In this document: piece after piece, positions 9,210 through 18,009 of the stretch
Layout: every line of letters begins with the position of its first letter
Position numbering within the stretch: the stretch's first letter is position 1
IMG/VR virus record: IMGVR_UViG_3300017989_000096
DNA length: 64,000 nucleotides
Origin: an uncultured virus (IMG/VR IMGVR_UViG_3300017989_000096)
Lineage: Duplodnaviria; Heunggongvirae; Uroviricota; Caudoviricetes
Strand: one strand, 5' to 3'
The notes under the pieces: generated by a model
Seen by the model: the letters and a program-made list of their open reading frames with translations, nothing else
Databases searched by the model: none
What the model was told of the DNA's origin: nothing
Translations under genes and position numbers: made by a program

Positions 9210-9623
9210 ATGAGCAGCAAACAAATCGCATCAGAGCTTTTGAAAATTGCCAAACAGTTGACTGCAAGTAGTTGGAAAGTAGTCGAAAAGAAATATTCAT
9301 CTCAGCCTGGAGAGTTAATGCTCTATGCAGCCGCAGCAGCCAAAATGGACAAAATCACCGAGAAAACAATTGGGTGGGAAAATAAAGATGCTGCAAAAGC
9401 AATTGGTTCTGAGATGGATGCAGTAATTGATGGTTTGCGTCGTGCGAAAATCGATGTGAAGAGTTCAAGGTTTAGTTGGAATCGTGGAGATACAGGATTG
9501 GTTCCATCTGGTGTAAAAGAAATGTCGGCTTCTCGTTATTGTGCTGTTGGTGTTACGAGGTCAGCACAAGTAGCGGCACGGGTAGCTGAAGTTGCAGAGC
9601 AACTTGGTTGGAGAAAAGTATGA
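9210..9623 (+). CDS. tag-bearing hypothetical protein
   Basis: MSSKQIASELLKIAKQLTA. Confidence 0.8.
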   Translation: MSSKQIASELLKIAKQLTASSWKVVEKKYSSQPGELMLYAAAAAKMDKITEKTIGWENKDAAKAIGSEMDAVIDGLRRAKIDVKSSRFSWNRGDTGLVPSGVKEMSASRYCAVGVTRSAQVAARVAEVAEQLGWRKV

Positions 9624-10069
9624 GACAGGTCGCAACTGAGCTTACAAGCATAGCCAGATTGATTTTGGGAATTCAAAAAGCTATGGAGGGCAAAGAAGTT
9701 GCCAAACTTGTTGCTCAGTCTTTAGCAAAGGCTGGAATGCCACGTTTGAGCAAATATTCGGGAGGAGAGATTACAGGCTGGACTCGATCAATAGGAAGCA
9801 CAGGATTCAGCTTGAGAGATGCAAAAGGAAATATTGAGTTCAACGTAGTAATCTCTGGCAAGAATGCTGGCGTCAAATATGAAGAGACCAGCAAAGGACA
9901 CGAACCCGTAGATGCCAAAAAGCTTTGTCCCAAAATTACAGCAGTTTTCAAAAGGTTGGGGTTCAAAGTTAAGTCTTGTAAAGCAACAAGCTGGCAGCTT
10001 GTTTTTGATGACGATATTGGTTACACGGTAGTTACTGATTGGCCTGAGTGGGTATTGCCCACTAACTAA
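9620..10069 (+). CDS. tag-bearing hypothetical protein
   Basis: MRQVATELTSIARLILG; ATGA overlap. Confidence 0.8.
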   Translation: MRQVATELTSIARLILGIQKAMEGKEVAKLVAQSLAKAGMPRLSKYSGGEITGWTRSIGSTGFSLRDAKGNIEFNVVISGKNAGVKYEETSKGHEPVDAKKLCPKITAVFKRLGFKVKSCKATSWQLVFDDDIGYTVVTDWPEWVLPTN

Positions 10070-10080
10070 GGAGGTCGAAA

Positions 10081-10461
10081 ATGGCTGGCACAACATTAGC
10101 AAGTTGGTGGCAATATAGCCGTTGGGGTTGGGTCATTACTCGTAACAGTCGCATCACTCTGCCTACTGGTGCGGAGCTGACTGCGGTACAGAGTTTCTGC
10201 AATTTGTTTTGGAACCCAAGCACCAGAATCGGTACACGTCCTTGGTTGGAAGACAAGTTCAGGCGTACAGCTATTGGTTCACAAACCAACGCAGCTGCAA
10301 ATGAGCCTGCATGGGTCAATATTAAACGCATGGGTGTAATCAGTCGCGATTTGAAAAAAATTCCAATGACTGATGCGGAAAAAGGCTATGTGGACACAAT
10401 AATTGCAGCTACGGGTAATAGACGTTATGGAACAAGTCCTTATTACGGCAATACGGTTTGA
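10081..10461 (+). CDS. hypothetical protein (no tag)
   Basis: Strong AAGGAGGT RBS. Confidence 0.8.
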   Translation: MAGTTLASWWQYSRWGWVITRNSRITLPTGAELTAVQSFCNLFWNPSTRIGTRPWLEDKFRRTAIGSQTNAAANEPAWVNIKRMGVISRDLKKIPMTDAEKGYVDTIIAATGNRRYGTSPYYGNTV

Positions 10462-10475
10462 AGGAGGTTAGGGTA

Positions 10476-10685
10476 ATGGATAACAAAGCAGTGGCCAGAG
10501 AGCTGGTCAAAATCGCACGAGAGATTGTTTCTTTGAGCGAGAAACAAAAAGAGTATCGTGAGTTCTTTGACAAGAAGCTCAAAGAGTACGGAGTCAAGAG
10601 CCCAGCCGAACTCGATGACGCCAAGAAGAAAAAATTCTTTGACGAAATTGACAAAGGCTGGAAAGGTGAAAAAGAGTCTGATTGA
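10476..10685 (+). CDS. tag-bearing small charged protein
   Basis: MDNKAVARELVKIAREIVS then KEYREFFDKKLKEYGVKSPAELDDAKKKKFFDEIDKGWK. Confidence 0.8.
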   Translation: MDNKAVARELVKIAREIVSLSEKQKEYREFFDKKLKEYGVKSPAELDDAKKKKFFDEIDKGWKGEKESD

Positions 10686-10700
10686 GAGGATGTGTATATT

Positions 10701-11072
10701 ATGAGCAGAAAAGAGATAGCCAAAGAACTCGTGCGAATTGCGCGTCAGATTGCTGCTAAAGAGAGTGACATCAATGAGGTGCGCAAGACGCTTGAGCGCA
10801 AGTATCCAATTAAGAAAGACCCAGGTGTTTTGCGTGTCAGACGTGCTCAGATGGAAGACGTTTATGAGACGCTGATTGAAAAACTAAACATGAGAGAGAC
10901 ATTGAGTGGAGGGACTCGTACGCTTTGGTGGGACGTCTACGAAGGACATAATATTGCCGTCATGTACGCTGCTGGTGTGGGTGGTTTTCCCGACATAGCA
11001 ATCTATGCCAAGTCCAAGAAAGATTGGGAAGCTGCAAAAGATTTGTTGCGTGAGGAAGGATTGATTCGTTAA
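10701..11072 (+). CDS. tag-bearing hypothetical protein
   Basis: MSRKEIAKELVRIARQIAA. Confidence 0.8.
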   Translation: MSRKEIAKELVRIARQIAAKESDINEVRKTLERKYPIKKDPGVLRVRRAQMEDVYETLIEKLNMRETLSGGTRTLWWDVYEGHNIAVMYAAGVGGFPDIAIYAKSKKDWEAAKDLLREEGLIR

Positions 11073-11083
11073 GGAGCAATCTT

Positions 11084-11500
11084 ATGAGCGAAGTAGATTG
11101 GAGGAGGGTGGCCAGAGAACTTGAAAGAATGGCCGATGAGGAGCCGAACCCGCATAAAGAAAAAGTTATGCGAGATATGTTGGGTCAAGAAGGCACGGCC
11201 AAAGCTTTAGTGCGTCTGGCAAAAAATCTCAAAGCTATGGATGGCGAAATGACGTCTACTGAGCGTAAAGAAGCTGCCAAAGAGTTGTGTCGTTTAGCAA
11301 AACGTTTGGCCAGCAAAAAGAAGGTTGCGTTTGGTAATGAACGTTATGCTAAGGCTCTTGTTATGGCATCAGACCACAGTTTTGGTTTGGCTTTAGATGC
11401 GTTGGCTGCATATGCGATCAAAACAGGACATGGAAACATTGGTCGACTGATGGTTGCAACGGCAGCAAAGGTTGAGAAGCTTGAGGAAAGTGGTCTTTGA
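11084..11500 (+). CDS. protein with three tandem tag-like helices
   Basis: RRVARELERMAD / TAKALVRLAKNLKA / EAAKELCRLAKRLAS. Confidence 0.8.
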   Translation: MSEVDWRRVARELERMADEEPNPHKEKVMRDMLGQEGTAKALVRLAKNLKAMDGEMTSTERKEAAKELCRLAKRLASKKKVAFGNERYAKALVMASDHSFGLALDALAAYAIKTGHGNIGRLMVATAAKVEKLEESGL

Positions 11501-11718
11501 CTCCCTATAAGCGCTATCTTGGATTGAAACGTAGCTTGCTGTATTTGTTGCATACGGCAGCAAGAACTTTCGATACAATGCAAGTGGAGGAGTTCCAAAC
11601 AGCCGGTTTGAATGAAGAGGAGATCAAGCAGGAAGAAGCTTTTATGGATAGTATTCATGCACTGGCAAGACAGTGGTGTACAGATATGAATTCAAATAAT
11701 CATGAAGCTGAAACCTGA
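11497..11718 (+). CDS. hypothetical protein
   Basis: TTGA overlap with previous stop. Confidence 0.5.
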   Translation: MTPYKRYLGLKRSLLYLLHTAARTFDTMQVEEFQTAGLNEEEIKQEEAFMDSIHALARQWCTDMNSNNHEAET

Positions 11719-11737
11719 ATGAAAAGGAGAGCTGATT

Positions 11738-11986
11738 ATGTCCAAATACAATTACAACACGCTCTATGATCCACAGAATGCGCTCCCAAAGCGTTTGCCA
11801 AATATTGACTCGGCAAATGCTGCAACGACAGGAATGCAAAACATTGGCATCCCATATGATAGTACGGTAGATGTTGATGATGCAAAAGAGTATTGGAACG
11901 GTTCAGACCTAACAGGTATTTACGGTATCTCTATTGGGATTTTGTACTATGCTCGTTTTGGAAACTTGAATTCGTTTATTCCGTAA
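11738..11986 (+). CDS. hypothetical protein
   Basis: AAGGAG RBS. Confidence 0.75.
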   Translation: MSKYNYNTLYDPQNALPKRLPNIDSANAATTGMQNIGIPYDSTVDVDDAKEYWNGSDLTGIYGISIGILYYARFGNLNSFIP

Positions 11987-12009
11987 CTTCGTAAGCCGGG
12001 TTAGTTGCT

Positions 12010-12201
12010 GTGAGGAGTAGATTTATGGTAGAAGAAGGAAGATGTTATGTTTGCAATGCGACTGGAATCCAAATACTTAAAAGGACAAAAACCGCATTGC
12101 GTTTTTATTGCAAGGTATGTGACGAGGAATGGACTCTTTGGGATGTGAGAAAGTTTTCGTCTGTTGAACCAAAAGAGGAGTTGTGTGGCCAAAGGGCTTG
12201 A
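12010..12201 (+). CDS. zinc-ribbon protein
   Basis: CYVC...CKVC. Confidence 0.55.
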   Translation: MRSRFMVEEGRCYVCNATGIQILKRTKTALRFYCKVCDEEWTLWDVRKFSSVEPKEELCGQRA

Positions 12202-12225
12202 CTTTAATGATTGTGAGGTGACAGG

Positions 12226-12564
12226 ATGAATCGACGTAGAGTTGCATCAGAGTTGGTAAAGCTGGCTGGAAGACTGCTTGGTCCTGGCGTTCCTGATGGA
12301 ACAGGGCCGGTAGGTCTTGGGCGTCGCCAAAGACGCAGATGGATGCCTTGTCCCATCACTGAAGTGGTAGAAGCACCCATCGCAGAAGACGAAGAGGAAC
12401 TGGTTGAATTGGAGCCAGTACAAGTTGCATCTGAGTTGGTGAAGATTGCAAAAGAACTATTGGCTGCCAAAACTTTCCCATGTCCCATTTGTGGGACAAA
12501 AGTTTTGGAGCAGACAAAATACTGCGTCAAATGCAAGAAGAAAGTCGAACCAAAAGGCAAATGA
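12226..12564 (+). CDS. double-tagged protein with C-terminal zinc ribbon
   Basis: MNRRRVASELVKLAGRLLG; QVASELVKIAKELLA; CPIC...CVKC. Confidence 0.8.
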   Translation: MNRRRVASELVKLAGRLLGPGVPDGTGPVGLGRRQRRRWMPCPITEVVEAPIAEDEEELVELEPVQVASELVKIAKELLAAKTFPCPICGTKVLEQTKYCVKCKKKVEPKGK

Positions 12565-12573
12565 ATCACAACG

Positions 12574-12816
12574 ATGGAACTGGCAGTAGAAACTGGCTTC
12601 AACGACTCGAAGTATTGTGGCATCTTAGGTGAAGATACACGCTGCCGGTTTTTGAATTGGGAAGAAGAAAAATGCAATCTGTACGACAAAAAAGTATTGC
12701 GTGGGATTTTAGGCCCCACCCGTTGTGATGCATGCATAACTGATAGAGAGAAGATGGAAAAATATCAAGAGGGTTTGGAGAATGAACAACAAACAAGTCG
12801 CCCAGAAATTGCTTAA
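12574..12816 (+). CDS. Cys-rich hypothetical protein
   Basis: Five Cys including CDAC. Confidence 0.55.
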   Translation: MELAVETGFNDSKYCGILGEDTRCRFLNWEEEKCNLYDKKVLRGILGPTRCDACITDREKMEKYQEGLENEQQTSRPEIA

Positions 12817-13180
12817 GATAGCCAAGCAGCTGATTGGCACGCAGAGACGAGCTCGTGGCTTGCAAAAGATTGCGCATATAGAACATGAGCCAAGAGGTTT
12901 TTACTTTGTGTTGACGTGGCGGTTTGCTTTGGGCAACTACATGATGGTAGACTATGTTGTGGATGCCATTGAAAAAACAAAACGTGAATATGAAAAAGAT
13001 ATGCGTTTGATAAGCAGATACGGCAGTTTTAGTCCAACAAGATGGTCAGGAGCATTGAAGAGTAGTGGTCGAGGGGCTGTGGTTGAGTTTTCCGTCGATG
13101 CAAAATTGCTCAAAATGACTACAGACCAAAAAGACGAATTTGTTGTCTCTTTGTCGAATATGGATTTTGAGTGGAGGTAA
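12782..13180 (+). CDS. tag-bearing hypothetical protein
   Basis: MNNKQVAQKLLKIAKQLIG. Confidence 0.8.
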   Translation: MNNKQVAQKLLKIAKQLIGTQRRARGLQKIAHIEHEPRGFYFVLTWRFALGNYMMVDYVVDAIEKTKREYEKDMRLISRYGSFSPTRWSGALKSSGRGAVVEFSVDAKLLKMTTDQKDEFVVSLSNMDFEWR

Positions 13181-13181
13181 A

Positions 13182-13610
13182 ATGAACAAAAAACAGATTG
13201 CTCGCGAATTGGTTCGACTTGCTCAAGAACTGGTTATGCCAGCAGACTTGTTTGATGGTACTGATTTGCAGGTAATTGAATTTTTGCATAACAATGCAAG
13301 TCCAACTGATGATGAGTTTCATGCATGGGCAGAACAGAATGGTTTAGACACTCACAAAGCGGAGGCATCGGCTTACAAATTGGCTGCGTTGTTTGTTGAA
13401 TTTTGGAAAGGTGGGTTTGCAAATAGAGATGGAATTGCGCCAGAAGACGTTGACCAAAAAGAATTAGCAATGGGTATTGAAGTCGAACTTGAGCATACGC
13501 CAAATCCAGCAGTAGCGAAGCGTATTGCTTTGGACCACTTAGCAGAAATTTTTGATTACTATACTCGCTTGAAGGCTATGGAAAAAAAGGCTGAAGGGGC
13601 AGCTGAGTAA
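13182..13610 (+). CDS. tag-bearing DUF5661-like protein
   Basis: MNKKQIARELVRLAQELV; ELAMGIEVELEHT...IALDHLAE..DYYTRL motif recalled from DUF5661. Confidence 0.7.
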   Translation: MNKKQIARELVRLAQELVMPADLFDGTDLQVIEFLHNNASPTDDEFHAWAEQNGLDTHKAEASAYKLAALFVEFWKGGFANRDGIAPEDVDQKELAMGIEVELEHTPNPAVAKRIALDHLAEIFDYYTRLKAMEKKAEGAAE

Positions 13611-13810
13611 TAGTGATTGACAGTGCTATTGCTTTATTCCTACTGTGAGGTGCTTAATGAATGGAAGAGCAAAGAATAACTTGGAGTGCTGTTGTATTTG
13701 TGATTCTTTTGGTTGTGTTGGTTGTTTTTTCCTGTATGACTTTGAAAAGCTGTATTTTGATCAGACACAGTAAAGAGCCTGTAATATTGCCATTTCGAGG
13801 GCATTGAGGG

Positions 13811-14155
13811 ATGCTTGATATATCAAAGATAGCCAATCGAGTTGCCGATTGGCAACTGGTTGCTGCGGATCGTAGAAAACGTAGAGCGATTGAAAGCTTT
13901 ATCAAAAACTGGAACACCTTTATGAAGGTCAGTCCAGAGGTGCATAAGCTTGGTGGCATTATGCAGCGTATGTTGCATGATGTTGATGAACTGGAAAAAG
14001 CTGGATTGGAAGTTCCAAAGAAATACAAAGATAAACTCAAAAGAGCCTATGACATTTTGGGAGATACTTATCCCGAAATAGTTGAGATTGAATTTCGGTT
14101 TCGCAACCCAATGCAAGACTGGTTGCGCGATTGGAGCCAACAAGCCGGATTGTAG
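13811..14155 (+). CDS. hypothetical helical protein (possible degenerate tag)
   Basis: MLDISKIANRVA; GAGG RBS. Confidence 0.7.
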   Translation: MLDISKIANRVADWQLVAADRRKRRAIESFIKNWNTFMKVSPEVHKLGGIMQRMLHDVDELEKAGLEVPKKYKDKLKRAYDILGDTYPEIVEIEFRFRNPMQDWLRDWSQQAGL

Positions 14156-14340
14156 AAGGGATTTGCAAGTCGTTAGCCTTGAAAGGAGAATATGATGAGC
14201 AAATGTAAACGCGGAAGGCACGTCTATCGAAAGATTAACCAGTACATGAAGATTTGCACTCGTTGCAAAAAGCGTGTATGTATCGGCTTTGGAACTTATA
14301 GAGTTAATCCAGTAAGCAACATCTCAGGTCGCAAAAGAAA

Positions 14341-14421
14341 ATGAAAAAGAGTGGTAAGGGAAGACGTAAAATAGGTAGAAGAAAACGCAAAGCACGCCGC
14401 AAGGTGCGTCAAAAACATTAG
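14341..14421 (+). CDS. 26-aa very basic peptide
   Basis: MKKSGKGRRKIGRRKRKARRKVRQKH; ATG overlaps stop of an upstream small Cys ORF. Confidence 0.55.
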   Translation: MKKSGKGRRKIGRRKRKARRKVRQKH

Positions 14422-14430
14422 GGAGATGTT

Positions 14431-14895
14431 GTGGCATATCTTAATTTGTTGAACGAAGCGAAAACAAAAGTTGTAGCAGATTATCCTAACGCGGAATTTT
14501 TTGTTTCCGATTGTCCTATTTCGGAAACAGAGATGCACCAGTTTGGTGACATTACTCAATTTCGTTTTGCGTTTGTGGATATGGATGACTACTCAACAGT
14601 GATGATCAAATGGGTAGAAGGCCAATGGAGTGAGGTTCACAGTGTTATAGACCCGTGGACTTGGAGCCAGATTTTTTCGTTGCCTGTTGGTTTCGGAATA
14701 GATGCAGCAATCAACTATGCCAAAGCAGCTCTTGGAGTTCCCGGTTTGTCATTTACATGGTTTGTGTTGCGTAAGCCGTTTTTCTCTAACATTACGGAAC
14801 CATCGTATATGTTTAAGTGTCCAGAACCTGCTCTTGGAAAGTATGTATTTGTCGGAGCGGTGACTACGAATGTCACAACGATGAATATTGTGTGA
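14431..14895 (+). CDS. hypothetical protein
   Basis: GGGAG RBS, GTG start. Confidence 0.7.
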   Translation: MAYLNLLNEAKTKVVADYPNAEFFVSDCPISETEMHQFGDITQFRFAFVDMDDYSTVMIKWVEGQWSEVHSVIDPWTWSQIFSLPVGFGIDAAINYAKAALGVPGLSFTWFVLRKPFFSNITEPSYMFKCPEPALGKYVFVGAVTTNVTTMNIV

Positions 14896-14902
14896 GGTTG
14901 CC

Positions 14903-15346
14903 ATGCCTGAACAAAAAGAAAGCAACACTCAAATTCTAACCAAAAGCAAGTTATGGAAAGCTGTGTTAATAGCTTTGGCTACTGGCGTTGTTGGACTCTT
15001 TTTTGGCGGTGTGACTTGGATATGTACTTCGTTGCTTGCACTTCAAAAAGACATGACAGAAACAAAAGCGTTCCTCAAAGAACGTTTTGCTGAACGGCCT
15101 GATGACATGGCTTTGTGGGAACAGGTACATGGACATGAAAAGCAGCTAAGAGAATTAGAGATCAAGATAGGAATCAACGAAGGGCTTTGGAAGGCTGTCC
15201 ACGGTGGGAGAACAAAGAGTTTTGAGCCAAAAGACGATCCTGCTAAAGAACCGAATGAAGAGAGCGAACTTCAAAAACCTGAAGAAGATACAAGAGTGTT
15301 TCGTGAGCGACATTTACATCCTTGGGTGCAAAGACAAGCAAAATGA
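14903..15346 (+). CDS. single-TM membrane protein with coiled coil
   Basis: Hydrophobic AVLIALATGVVGLFFGGVTWICTSLLAL. Confidence 0.7.
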   Translation: MPEQKESNTQILTKSKLWKAVLIALATGVVGLFFGGVTWICTSLLALQKDMTETKAFLKERFAERPDDMALWEQVHGHEKQLRELEIKIGINEGLWKAVHGGRTKSFEPKDDPAKEPNEESELQKPEEDTRVFRERHLHPWVQRQAK

Positions 15347-17496
15347 ACGTACCCAGAGAGCTTATCAAAATTGCAAAGCTAATCACTTCTGCACGTGCCG
15401 AACAAGAGGTAGAGAAGTTTCTCAAAGCATTTCTGCCCGGTACTCCTTTTGCGCATAAAGCCTTTGCTGTAGGTGGTTACGTTAGAGATCAAATGTTAGG
15501 TCTCGAAGCAAAAGATTTGGATATTGTAGTGGAGATGAAAGATGGAGCTGAAAAGCTAACCAAATTCCTCCGCAAGCAATTGGGTAGATCAGTTTCTACC
15601 CCCCGACAGTTGGGTGCCGGTTATCCTATCTGGCAAATTACTTTCAAAGATAATATCACCTTCAAGGACAAGACCTATCGAACAAAAGGTGCTATTATCG
15701 AGTTTGCCGATACGATGACGGAAAGCTTTCCCGATCCCAAAACACGCCAACGTCAAACTGAGTTTGGCACAATAGAACAAGATGTCGAGCGCAGAGACTT
15801 CACTGTCAACATGTTGATGAAGGATTTAACCGATGGGGAAGTCAAAGATTTTACTGGAGTTAGTAAGAGCGATTTGGAGAAAGGCATTCTAAGAGGTCAT
15901 CCTGGCGTTTCTCTTGACAAGATATTTGCAAATGACCCACTTCGCATGATTCGGCTGATTCGTTTTCAAACCAAGTATGGTTGGAAAATTCCTTTGTCCG
16001 TTTTGAAAACAGTCAAACGTAATGCTAAGCGTATTCGAATTGTTTCCAGCGAACGGATAATGGAAGAGTTGAAAAAGGTTATGAAGCTGGGCAAGCTGGA
16101 TAAAGCAATTCGGCTGATGAAGATCACAGGGCTATTGAAATATGTGTTGCCGGAGGTTGACGAACTGAGCAAGGTGCAACAAGATGTAAAGCATCATGCT
16201 GAGGGGAGCGTTTTCAAACACACGTTGATGGTGCTAAAAAATGCGAAACCTACCGTTGAAGCACAGATGGCTGCTTTGCTCCACGATGTCGGCAAAAAGG
16301 ATACGCAGGAAGTTATTGGAGACTCCATCAAGTTTCAAGGTCATGAAGAAGTCTCAGGTGAAATCGCAGAAGCCATTCTGAGACGATTGAAGTTCGATGT
16401 TAACACAATCAAGCGTGTCAAAACGGTAGTCGAGAATCATATGCGCCCACACAGACTGGGCGATGAAGTGCTTGAGAATCCGACTTCGTCAAGATCACAA
16501 AAAATGCTAAGGCGTTTTGTTCGTAGGGTTGGCGATGAGTTTGTTGATGCGGTTTTGGATTTAGCTGAGGCTGATGCTTTGGGCAAATTGCCGCCAGAGA
16601 ACTACATTCCAAAGCTTCGCGAAATGATTGAAGATGTAAGCAAGTCACCGCTGCCAGTTTCAAGAAAGCCAGTCTTAGACGGGCGTGAAATCATGAGATT
16701 GTTGGGAATTGAAGCTGGCCCGCTTGTTGGCGAGGTAGGCCGATTTCTGCTTGAATTGCAAGATGAGTTTGCATCCGAAGGTAAAGCGTTGACAAAAAGC
16801 GAAGCAGAGAAAAGAGTGCTACAGCAGTTTGGAGCAAGACGTAAAGCGACTGATGGAATACCTGTTCCTACGCCAGGTACGAAAACAAAAATTCCTTCAC
16901 GTAGACGCAAGTATTTGGTCGATATTAAAGAGGAACTTGGCTACAAGAAACCAAAGGAACAGAAGAAGATAGAAGAAGTTGCAAATGAGTTAGCTAAGAT
17001 TGCAAAGTTGTTGATAGGAATAGACCTCGATCAGTATGGAGAATTTTCTCGACCTGCTCGATTGTACTTCCATTCGTTCAACAAACCTGTGCATCTGACC
17101 AAAGCATTACGCATGGGTAAGTTTGGTAGATCAAAACTGACCCTTATTGGGACGCAATACAGTAAAGGAGTGCCTTACAGAAATCAGATTTGGTTTCGCA
17201 AGCCGATCAGGGTTGAAATCTTCCCGACTTTTTACACAACTAAGAGCGACGAAGCTTTTGCAGAAATCAAACAAGAACTGGCAAATCGCTTCAATGTTGG
17301 GATTACACAAGCACAGGTTGGTGGTAGTAATTTTGCTAAAGAGCAGGAATGGTACTATCCTGGCATGGTGCCATTGAGTAAGCTTGACGTAGCAATGGTT
17401 GTTTATGATCGAAATACGTCTGATGAGCAAAAAAGAGAGATTGTAGACCTTGCAGATAGGTGGGGATTTTCTCATACCGAATTTCCTTGGCAATAG
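15343..17496 (+). CDS. cca: class II tRNA nucleotidyltransferase (CCA-adding/poly(A) polymerase family) with HD domain, N-terminal and internal tags and an extra C-terminal domain
   Basis: VGGYVRD...KDLDIVV, RRDFTVN, DPLRMIR, ERIMEEL, HHAEGSVFKHT...LLHDVGK, GPLVG motifs. Confidence 0.9.
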   Translation: MNVPRELIKIAKLITSARAEQEVEKFLKAFLPGTPFAHKAFAVGGYVRDQMLGLEAKDLDIVVEMKDGAEKLTKFLRKQLGRSVSTPRQLGAGYPIWQITFKDNITFKDKTYRTKGAIIEFADTMTESFPDPKTRQRQTEFGTIEQDVERRDFTVNMLMKDLTDGEVKDFTGVSKSDLEKGILRGHPGVSLDKIFANDPLRMIRLIRFQTKYGWKIPLSVLKTVKRNAKRIRIVSSERIMEELKKVMKLGKLDKAIRLMKITGLLKYVLPEVDELSKVQQDVKHHAEGSVFKHTLMVLKNAKPTVEAQMAALLHDVGKKDTQEVIGDSIKFQGHEEVSGEIAEAILRRLKFDVNTIKRVKTVVENHMRPHRLGDEVLENPTSSRSQKMLRRFVRRVGDEFVDAVLDLAEADALGKLPPENYIPKLREMIEDVSKSPLPVSRKPVLDGREIMRLLGIEAGPLVGEVGRFLLELQDEFASEGKALTKSEAEKRVLQQFGARRKATDGIPVPTPGTKTKIPSRRRKYLVDIKEELGYKKPKEQKKIEEVANELAKIAKLLIGIDLDQYGEFSRPARLYFHSFNKPVHLTKALRMGKFGRSKLTLIGTQYSKGVPYRNQIWFRKPIRVEIFPTFYTTKSDEAFAEIKQELANRFNVGITQAQVGGSNFAKEQEWYYPGMVPLSKLDVAMVVYDRNTSDEQKREIVDLADRWGFSHTEFPWQ

Positions 17497-17498
17497 AA

Positions 17499-17849
17499 AT
17501 GATAAATGGTCTCCCATTTGTGATTCACGCATGCGAAATCTTTTACGGTTTCGAATGTGCAGTTGTTTCATGTGAAGGAATCAATCTAAAAGGAGCTTGT
17601 ATTCGTTTACCGAATGATCATTTCTTTCGCTTCAGTGACGCAACTTTAGCATTGCCTGGTTTTCGCTTGGCAACTGAAGGAAAACTTAAAGGAATTGAAA
17701 AAGGCTGGTGGATGTGTTTTGAATGTCCATCTGATATGACTGACAAAGAGATATTGCAAATTTGTAGACGAGTAGCAAAAAGAGCAAAGCATCCATATTG
17801 GTATTGGTTTGTAAGAGGATGTAGACGGCTGTTGCGTAAATTTATTTGA
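17499..17849 (+). CDS. hypothetical protein
   Basis: ORF following cca. Confidence 0.55.
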   Translation: MINGLPFVIHACEIFYGFECAVVSCEGINLKGACIRLPNDHFFRFSDATLALPGFRLATEGKLKGIEKGWWMCFECPSDMTDKEILQICRRVAKRAKHPYWYWFVRGCRRLLRKFI

Positions 17850-17858
17850 TGCCACATC

Positions 17859-17935
17859 AAGGCTGTGTCGGTTCGATTTTGCCTTTTCCCTTCTCCAAAA
17901 TCGAGTTATACCGGCACAGCCTTCCTCCCTTTTTC
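17859..17935 (+). terminator. long hairpin/terminator closing the tagged-gene block
   Basis: aaggctgtgtcggt-tcgatttt...aaaatcga...accggcacagcctt followed by a pyrimidine/T tract. Confidence 0.65.
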
Positions 17936-17974
17936 CCTAAGCACGTCTAAAATTTTGCTGCTTGCATTGTGCTT

Positions 17975-18008
17975 TGAAATCTGTTAAATAATTAGAAAGG
18001 AGATTTCA
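17975..18008 (+). promoter_or_regulatory. GTTAAATAATT core within inverted repeat tgaaatct/agatttca
   Basis: Repeated intergenic motif; right arm abuts SD and ATG 18010. Confidence 0.7.
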
Positions 18009-18009
18009 T

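Noticed and set aside
859..17019. Tag as a Sec/Tat signal peptide
   Set aside because: It is charged and amphipathic with no hydrophobic core, and it also occurs internally
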